Assembly (NCBI GenBank): GCA_047602265.1
Contig: JASGHU010000002.1
Coordinates: 2,299-66,298, forward strand
Source of the DNA: Spongiibacteraceae bacterium
GTDB taxonomy: Bacteria > Pseudomonadota > Gammaproteobacteria > Pseudomonadales > CAMLJR01
DNA: 64,000 nt
Direction of reading: 5' to 3'
Within the stretch, counting starts at the first letter, position 1. Every line of letters starts with the position of its first letter. A program made the position numbers and the translations under genes. Below the pieces are notes generated by a model, which was not told the DNA's origin, did not search any database, and saw only the letters and a list, made by a program, of their open reading frames with translations. Positions 57,834-64,000 of this stretch are shown here, piece by piece.

Positions 57834-58634
57834 ATGACCTGTTACGCCGTTGGCGATGTCCAGGGCTGCTTCGCTCCGCTGCAGCGCTTATTGGAGCGCG
57901 TGAAGTTCGATCCCGCCCGCGATCAACTCTGGGCCACCGGCGATCTGGTCAATCGCGGCCCACAATCGCTCGAATGCCTGCGTTTTTTTCGTGATCTCGG
58001 CGACTCGGCCCGCGTCGTTCTCGGCAATCATGATCTTCATCTCCTCGCCGTCGCGCACGGCATCCGCCATCTGAAACGCGGCGACACGCTGCAGCCGATT
58101 CTCGATGCAGCCGACAGTGCCGACCTGCTGGCATGGCTGCGCCAACAGCCGCTGATGCACCGAAACAACTCCTACGCGATGGTTCATGCCGGACTTGCAC
58201 CACAATGGAGCATCACAAAGGCCGAGACACTGGCCGCCGAGCTTTCGTCCGTCCTCAAAAGCGATCAGCTCGTCGACTTTCTTGGCGGCATGTACGGCGA
58301 TACGCCGACCAATTGGTCGGACGACTTAGTGGGCACGGAACGCTGGCGCACCATCACCAACTACTTCACCCGGCTTCGGTTTTGCACTGAGACTGGCGAA
58401 CTGGACCTCAAAAGCAAGGAAGGTCCGGGCACAGCACCGCCAGGCTTCATGCCTTGGTTCGACGTGCCCGGTCGCAAAAGCGCGGGCACCACGCTGATCG
58501 TCGGTCACTGGGCGATGCTGATGGGTAAAACCGGGCGGGACGATGTGATCGCGCTCGATACCGGCTGCGTGTGGGGCAATCAGTTGACACTTTTCGACAT
58601 GGATAAACGAGCACTCCTCCGCTGCGAGTGCTAA
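57834..58634 (+). CDS. apaH: Bis(5'-nucleosyl)-tetraphosphatase, symmetrical
   Basis: Start at the ATG at 57834: MTCYAVGDVQGC, GDLVNRGP, GNHDLHLL, VHAG metallophosphatase motifs. Confidence 0.92.
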   Translation: MTCYAVGDVQGCFAPLQRLLERVKFDPARDQLWATGDLVNRGPQSLECLRFFRDLGDSARVVLGNHDLHLLAVAHGIRHLKRGDTLQPILDAADSADLLAWLRQQPLMHRNNSYAMVHAGLAPQWSITKAETLAAELSSVLKSDQLVDFLGGMYGDTPTNWSDDLVGTERWRTITNYFTRLRFCTETGELDLKSKEGPGTAPPGFMPWFDVPGRKSAGTTLIVGHWAMLMGKTGRDDVIALDTGCVWGNQLTLFDMDKRALLRCEC

Positions 58635-58982
58635 TCAAAGCCGATTTGATTGTAGGCAACGCTCGCTTAAGGTCGCTTACTTCCTTTTCGTCTATGAACT
58701 GATTGATATCTCGACATACATTCCACAAAACCCCCACACAACTTCCGGCATCTCTCTTTGGAAATTTAATTTGCCACGTTATTGTTTCTCGCACGAATAA
58801 TGCATCGGATAGCTTGCATTCGCAGCGCAACACCGCCAATTGCATAATTTTTGGCACCGAAAAATTTATTCCTTTTTTGATGTCCAATTTGATAGCAATA
58901 TGGCCCTTAACTGTATTGCAGCCTATTCTTAGCTTACCGAGTGGGTGATAAAACACCCGAGTGCTGACGCGAGAGGTCCGTA

Positions 58983-60905
58983 ATGAGCATATTCAACCAT
59001 TTTCGCAACCGTTACGAAGCTACGCAGGAAGAAGAATATTCACTGCAAGAGTATCTCGATCTCTGCAAAAAGGATCGATCGGTTTATGCAAATGCTGCTG
59101 AGCGATTGCTGATGGCAATCGGCGAGCCGGAAATGGTCGACACTTCCCGCGATCCCCGCCTGAGCCGAATTTTCCAAAACAAAATCATTCGACGTTACAA
59201 GGCGTTCGACGAGTTTTACGGCATGGAAGAAGCGATCGAACAAATCGTTTCGTATTTCCGACACGCTGCGCAAGGTTTGGAGGAGAAAAAGCAAATCCTC
59301 TACTTACTCGGCCCCGTCGGTGGCGGTAAGTCCTCGCTCGCAGAACGCTTGAAGCTATTGATCGAACACCAACCGATTTATTGCCTCAAAGGCTCACCGG
59401 TTTTCGAATCGCCGCTCGGTTTATTCGATGCTGATGAAGACGGTCATATCCTCGAAGAGGACTACGGCATTCCGCGCCGTTACATCAAAACCATCATGTC
59501 GCCGTGGGCAGTGAAACGTCTGCACGAATTTAAAGGCGATGTCAGCCAGTTCCGCGTCGTTAAAGTCTACCCTTCGCGACTCGATCAAATTGCGGTAAGC
59601 AAAACCGAGCCGGGCGACGAAAACAACCAAGACATTTCCGCACTGGTCGGTAAAGTGGATATTCGCAAGCTCGAAGAATTCCCACAAAACGATCCTGATG
59701 CTTACGCATTCTCAGGCGGTTTGTGCCGTGCAAACCAGGGCGTGATGGAATTCGTCGAAATGTTCAAGGCGCCGATCAAGGTGCTGCACCCGTTGCTGAC
59801 GGCAACACAGGAAGGCAATTACAACGGCACTGAAGGCATGGGCGCGATTCCGTTTGAGGGCGTGATTCTGGCGCACTCGAACGAATCGGAATGGCAGTCG
59901 TTCCGCAACAACAAAAACAACGAAGCCTTTCTCGATCGCGTTTACATCGTCAAGGTACCGTACTGCTTGCGCGTCACCGAAGAAATCAAAATTTACGACA
60001 AACTGCTCATCAACAGCTCGCTCGCCAAAGCGCCATGCGCTCCCGATACGCTAAAAATGCTCGCGCAATTCATCGTGCTATCGCGCCTGAAAGAACCTGA
60101 GAATTCGAACGTCTATTCGAAAATGCGCGTTTACGACGGCGAAAATCTGAAAGACACCGATCCGAAAGCGAAGAGCATTCAGGAGTATCACGACGCCGCC
60201 GGTGTCAACGAAGGCATGGAGGGCTTATCGACTCGTTTTGCGTTCAAGATTCTGTCGAAAGTTTTCAACTTCGACCCGACGGAAATCGCCGCAAACCCAG
60301 TGCATTTGCTCTATGTCGTCGAGCAACAAATCGAGCAGGAACAATATCCGCAGGAAACGGCCGAGCGCTATTTACGCTTCATCAAAGAATATCTGGCGCC
60401 GCATTACATCGAATTCATCGGCAAAGAAATTCAGACGGCGTACCTCGAATCGTACTCTGAGTACGGCCAGAATATTTTCGATCGCTACGTAACCTACGCG
60501 GATTTCTGGATTCAGGATCAGGAATATCGCGATCCCGAAACCGGCGAAATTCTCAATCGCGCCGCGCTCAACGAGGATCTCGAAAAAATCGAGAAACCTG
60601 CGGGCATCGGCAACCCGAAAGATTTCCGCCACGAAATTGTCAACTTCGTGTTGCGTGCACGCGCGAACAACAACGGTAAAAATCCCGATTGGCGCAGCTA
60701 TGAAAAACTGCGCGCAGTCATCGAGAAGAAAATGTTTGCGAACACCGAAGATCTGCTGCCGGTAATCTCCTTCAATGCGAAGGCGTCGACAGAGGATCAG
60801 AAAAAACACAACGACTTCGTCAAACGCATGGTTGAGCGTGGCTACACAGAGAAACAGGTGCGGCTGTTGTCCGAATGGTATTTGCGTGTGCGCAAATCGC
60901 AATAG
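58983..60905 (+). CDS. prkA: PrkA/YeaG-family serine protein kinase (AAA+ N-domain)
   Basis: 640 aa with Walker A LLGPVGGGKSSLAE and strong overall resemblance to E. coli YeaG. Followed by yeaH and ycgB homologues. Confidence 0.9.
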   Translation: MSIFNHFRNRYEATQEEEYSLQEYLDLCKKDRSVYANAAERLLMAIGEPEMVDTSRDPRLSRIFQNKIIRRYKAFDEFYGMEEAIEQIVSYFRHAAQGLEEKKQILYLLGPVGGGKSSLAERLKLLIEHQPIYCLKGSPVFESPLGLFDADEDGHILEEDYGIPRRYIKTIMSPWAVKRLHEFKGDVSQFRVVKVYPSRLDQIAVSKTEPGDENNQDISALVGKVDIRKLEEFPQNDPDAYAFSGGLCRANQGVMEFVEMFKAPIKVLHPLLTATQEGNYNGTEGMGAIPFEGVILAHSNESEWQSFRNNKNNEAFLDRVYIVKVPYCLRVTEEIKIYDKLLINSSLAKAPCAPDTLKMLAQFIVLSRLKEPENSNVYSKMRVYDGENLKDTDPKAKSIQEYHDAAGVNEGMEGLSTRFAFKILSKVFNFDPTEIAANPVHLLYVVEQQIEQEQYPQETAERYLRFIKEYLAPHYIEFIGKEIQTAYLESYSEYGQNIFDRYVTYADFWIQDQEYRDPETGEILNRAALNEDLEKIEKPAGIGNPKDFRHEIVNFVLRARANNNGKNPDWRSYEKLRAVIEKKMFANTEDLLPVISFNAKASTEDQKKHNDFVKRMVERGYTEKQVRLLSEWYLRVRKSQ

Positions 60906-61036
60906 GCGTGCTCGTAAGTCGCAGTAAGGCGTGTTCGCATAAAGCAATCGATGCAACACGCATTTCGCAACAGGAGCGCTATCGCCTTTAGCGAACGCTC
61001 CTGAGTGTTGCGCCCTGAGGGTGGAGGAAGTACAGC

Positions 61037-62311
61037 GTGAGCCATCTGATCGATCGACGCTTGAACGGCAAGAACAAGAGCGCCGTCAATCGGCAGCGCT
61101 TTTTGCGCCGTTACAAAAAGCATATCCAGAAGGCCGTTTCGGATGCGGTCGGCAAACGCTCGATCACCGATATTGAGCAAGGCGAAAAGATCACGATCCC
61201 CAGTCACGATGTCGGTGAGCCCGTTTTGGGGCACGGATCAGGCGGCAAGCGCAGCGTCGTTCATCCAGGCAATAAAGAATTTGTCGCCGGCGACAAAGTT
61301 CCGCGCCCACAAGGTGGGAGCGGAGGCGGCGGTGGCGGTAAAGCCAGCAACAGCGGCGAAGGCAATGACGAATTCGCGTTTCAAATTTCGCAAGAAGAGT
61401 TCCTCGAATTCATGTTCGAGGATCTCGCGCTGCCGAATCTCGTCAAACGCCAACTCGCAGGCACCGATGTTTTCAAATACAAACGCGGCGGTTTCAGCAG
61501 CGTCGGCACCCCCAATCAAATCAATATCGTGCGCTCTCTGCGCGCAGCGAATGCGCGTCGCATCGCTCTCGGCGGCCCCAAGCGCAAACGCATTCGCGAA
61601 CTCGAAGCGGAACTCGCCCTGCTGATGGCGGCCGAGCCGGTATTGCGCAATAACAAACGCATTGGCGAAATCGAAGAAGAAATAGCGCTGCTCAAACGCA
61701 AAATTGAGAAGCTGCCATTCATCGACGAATTCGACATCAAATACAACTTGAATATCAAAGAGCCGCAGCCCTCATCGAAAGCCGTGATGTTTTGTATCAT
61801 GGACGTTTCCGGCTCGATGAACCAAGCCACGAAAGATATGGCGAAACGCTTTTTCATTTTGCTGTATTTATTTTTGCGGCGTAATTACGATCACACCGAA
61901 GTTGTTTTCATTCGCCACCACACCAGCGCGAAAGAAGTCGATGAAGAAGAGTTTTTTTATTCGCGGGAAACCGGCGGCACCATCGTTTCAAGTGCGCTGC
62001 ATTTGATGAAGGACATCATGAAAGCGCGCTATCCGACAACGGAATGGAATATTTACGGCGCACAAGCTTCCGATGGTGACAACTGGAACGATGACTCCAG
62101 CGTTTGCTATGAATTGCTTACGCAGGAAATCATGCCCTACCTGCAGCATTACTCGTATGTCGAAATCACACCGCGCGAACACCAGGCGCTATGGGCAGAG
62201 TACGAGCAAGTTAAATCGCTATTTCCCGAAACGTTTGCGATGCAACAAATCATCGATCTAGCCGATATCTATCCCGTCTTTCGCGAACTGTTCCAGAGGC
62301 GTACTGCATGA
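61037..62311 (+). CDS. yeaH: YeaH/DUF444 (UPF0229) vWA-like protein
   Basis: GTG start with GGAGGAAG RBS: [27 protein letters not shown].., a Gly-rich GGSGGGGGG loop, and [11 protein letters not shown] (vWA MIDAS-like). Confidence 0.88.
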   Translation: MSHLIDRRLNGKNKSAVNRQRFLRRYKKHIQKAVSDAVGKRSITDIEQGEKITIPSHDVGEPVLGHGSGGKRSVVHPGNKEFVAGDKVPRPQGGSGGGGGGKASNSGEGNDEFAFQISQEEFLEFMFEDLALPNLVKRQLAGTDVFKYKRGGFSSVGTPNQINIVRSLRAANARRIALGGPKRKRIRELEAELALLMAAEPVLRNNKRIGEIEEEIALLKRKIEKLPFIDEFDIKYNLNIKEPQPSSKAVMFCIMDVSGSMNQATKDMAKRFFILLYLFLRRNYDHTEVVFIRHHTSAKEVDEEEFFYSRETGGTIVSSALHLMKDIMKARYPTTEWNIYGAQASDGDNWNDDSSVCYELLTQEIMPYLQHYSYVEITPREHQALWAEYEQVKSLFPETFAMQQIIDLADIYPVFRELFQRRTA

Positions 62312-63870
62312 GCGTTGCCGAGTCCAGCAAACCCGAATCGAGCAGACACGAATCAAGCGGGCGCAAACCGATTTCAACCACCTCCGAATGGACCTTCGAG
62401 CTCATCGAAGAGTACGATCGCGAAATCGGTTTAATCGCCGCAGAATTTGGTCTCGACACCTACCCCAATCAAATCGAGATCATCAGCTCCGAACAGATGA
62501 TGGACGCGTACGCCGCATCCGGCATGCCGGTCTATTATCGTCACTGGTCTTTCGGCAAACATTTTCTCGGCATCGAAAACAGTTACTCGCGCGGTCAAAT
62601 GGGCCTCGCATATGAAATTGTGATCAACTCCAATCCCTGCATCGCATATCTGATGGAAGAAAATACGATGACGATGCAGGCGCTCGTTATCGCTCACGCT
62701 TGCTACGGGCACAACTCGTTTTTTAAAGGCAACTATTTATTCCGCACCTGGACCGACGCCGACTCGATCATCGACTACATGCTCTTTGCTCGCAATTACA
62801 TTGCAAAATGCGAAGAGAAACATGGCATTGAAGCGGTAGAAAATATTCTCGACTCCTGCCATGCGCTCATGAACTATGGTGTCGATCGTTACAAACGTCC
62901 CTATCCAATTTCAGCGGAAGAAGAGCAACGCCGACAGGAGGAGCGTGAGGAGTATCTGCAGCAACAAGTCAACGATTTGTGGCGCACCATACCGACCGGG
63001 CGCAACGAAGAGAAAAATCAAAAGCGCAAACAGTTTCTCGACGAGCCGCAGGAAAACCTGTTGTATTTTCTCGAGAAACGCGCACCGCTGCTCGAACCGT
63101 GGCAACGCGAAATCATTCGTATCGTGCGGAAGATTGCACAATATTTTTACCCGCAACGGCAAACCCAGGTCATGAACGAAGGCTGGGCCACGTTCTGGCA
63201 TTACACATTGCTCAACGAATTGTACGATCGCGGCAAAGTGACCGATGGTTTCATTCTCGAATTTCTGCAATCGCATACCAGCGTCGTTTATCAGCCGGGG
63301 TTCGATAGCCCATATTACAGCGGCATGAATCCCTATGCCCTCGGCTTCGCGATGATGAGCGATATTCGCCGCATCTGCGAAAACCCTACCGAAGAAGATA
63401 AACGCTGGTTTCCGGACATTGCCGGCACACCATGGAAAGAGACTTTGCAATTCGCGATGCGCAATTTCAAAGACGAGAGTTTTATTCAGCAATTTCTATC
63501 GCCGAAGGTCATTCGCGATTTGAAACTGTTCTGCGTGGTCGATGACGACAACAACAGTGAAATTGAAATCGCAGCGATTCACGACGAAGAAGGCTATCGC
63601 AAAGTACGCGAACAATTAGCAGGACAATACAATCTGGGCAATCGCGAACCGAATATCCAGGTTGTCGATATCGATATGCGCGGCGATCGCGCGATGTATT
63701 TGCAGCACACGCAGCACAATCGTCGCCCACTCGATGGCAACACCGATGAAGTGCTAAAACATTTACATCGCCTGTGGGGCTTCGATGTGCATTTGAAGTC
63801 GATGCAAGATGGCAATGTAACGGCAACCTATCACTGCCCTCCACAAGACGACGAATCCGCCCAGCTCTGA
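62308..63870 (+). CDS. ycgB: SpoVR/YcgB-family protein
   Basis: [44 protein letters not shown]. Overlaps the yeaH stop (ATGA). Confidence 0.88.
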   Translation: MSVAESSKPESSRHESSGRKPISTTSEWTFELIEEYDREIGLIAAEFGLDTYPNQIEIISSEQMMDAYAASGMPVYYRHWSFGKHFLGIENSYSRGQMGLAYEIVINSNPCIAYLMEENTMTMQALVIAHACYGHNSFFKGNYLFRTWTDADSIIDYMLFARNYIAKCEEKHGIEAVENILDSCHALMNYGVDRYKRPYPISAEEEQRRQEEREEYLQQQVNDLWRTIPTGRNEEKNQKRKQFLDEPQENLLYFLEKRAPLLEPWQREIIRIVRKIAQYFYPQRQTQVMNEGWATFWHYTLLNELYDRGKVTDGFILEFLQSHTSVVYQPGFDSPYYSGMNPYALGFAMMSDIRRICENPTEEDKRWFPDIAGTPWKETLQFAMRNFKDESFIQQFLSPKVIRDLKLFCVVDDDNNSEIEIAAIHDEEGYRKVREQLAGQYNLGNREPNIQVVDIDMRGDRAMYLQHTQHNRRPLDGNTDEVLKHLHRLWGFDVHLKSMQDGNVTATYHCPPQDDESAQL

Positions 63871-63895
63871 GAACCCTCCGAGCTTGAAAGCGGAT

Positions 63896-63969
63896 CTAGT
63901 CCATTTATTTGCGAAAAGCGCACGGACCATCCCCAATAGGAGTACGGTTTTCGCAGATAAATAGACTAG
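63896..63969. repeat. Imperfect 22-bp inverted repeat (hairpin) downstream of ycgB
   Basis: ctagtccatttatttgcgaaaa (63896..63917) against ttttcgcagataaatagactag (63948..63969), 20/22 complementary with a 30 nt loop. Could be a terminator-like or REP/MITE end, and it is close to the window edge. Confidence 0.45.
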
Positions 63970-64000
63970 GTTCGCCACTCGCCAAAACAACCTCTCAAAG

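Noticed and set aside
58852-58868. Possible sigma-54 promoter (TGGCAC at 58852..58857) upstream of prkA.
   Set aside because: The -12 element is missing; ten nt after GG comes TT, not GC. A second candidate (tggccc...ttgca, about 58901..58920) has the wrong spacing.
58447-58956. 169 aa minus-strand ORF spanning the apaH-prkA gap.
   Set aside because: It would overlap 188 nt of the apaH 3' end in antisense. It has no recognisable domain or RBS, and the AT-rich gap yields long ORFs by chance.

Overview
Composite window made of two unrelated kinds of DNA. (1) Positions 1 to about 20.6 kb are AT-rich, repeat-dense, metazoan-type nuclear DNA. It holds three roughly 0.6-1.0 kb near-perfect foldback palindromes, GTGTCA-type arrays and a dispersed ~40 bp repeat module. 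It also holds a 1,262 bp mariner element with perfect 28 bp TIRs but a decayed transposase. Four minus-strand genes with very short introns are present: a Cys-loop ligand-gated channel, an ELAC2/RNase Z-L-like N-terminal part, a complete 5-exon Tim17, and one unidentified gene. (2) From 20,702 to the window end is a compact, intron-free gammaproteobacterial block of about 38 housekeeping genes. By eye it is roughly mid-50s % GC, and from memory its gene order closely follows Pseudomonas aeruginosa. The order is PfkB kinase, OMP, yajG-DUF2333-PCuAC, dsbD, aroQ-accBC-prmA-DUF3426-dusB-fis-purHD-retS-like. Then come coq7, VOC, OsmC, vfr, trpCDGE, gph, rpe, DUF3530, DUF350 plus a transglutaminase-like gene, murU-amgK, lptD-surA-pdxA-rsmA-apaGH and prkA-yeaH-ycgB. 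I see no defence island, CRISPR array, prophage or convincingly new multi-gene system in the bacterial part. The strongest anomaly is the eukaryote/bacterium junction at about 20.6-20.7 kb, which is either an assembly chimera or co-assembled associate, or a very recent large lateral transfer. Secondary items are a homopolymer frameshift in coq7, a RetS-like hybrid kinase with degenerate ATP-binding boxes, a 15 bp periodic repeat between accB and accC, a perfect 25 bp REP-like palindrome, a small AT-richer DUF350 plus secreted transglutaminase-like insertion, and the nested foldback repeats. All calls come from reading the sequence and the ORF track; no database search was run.
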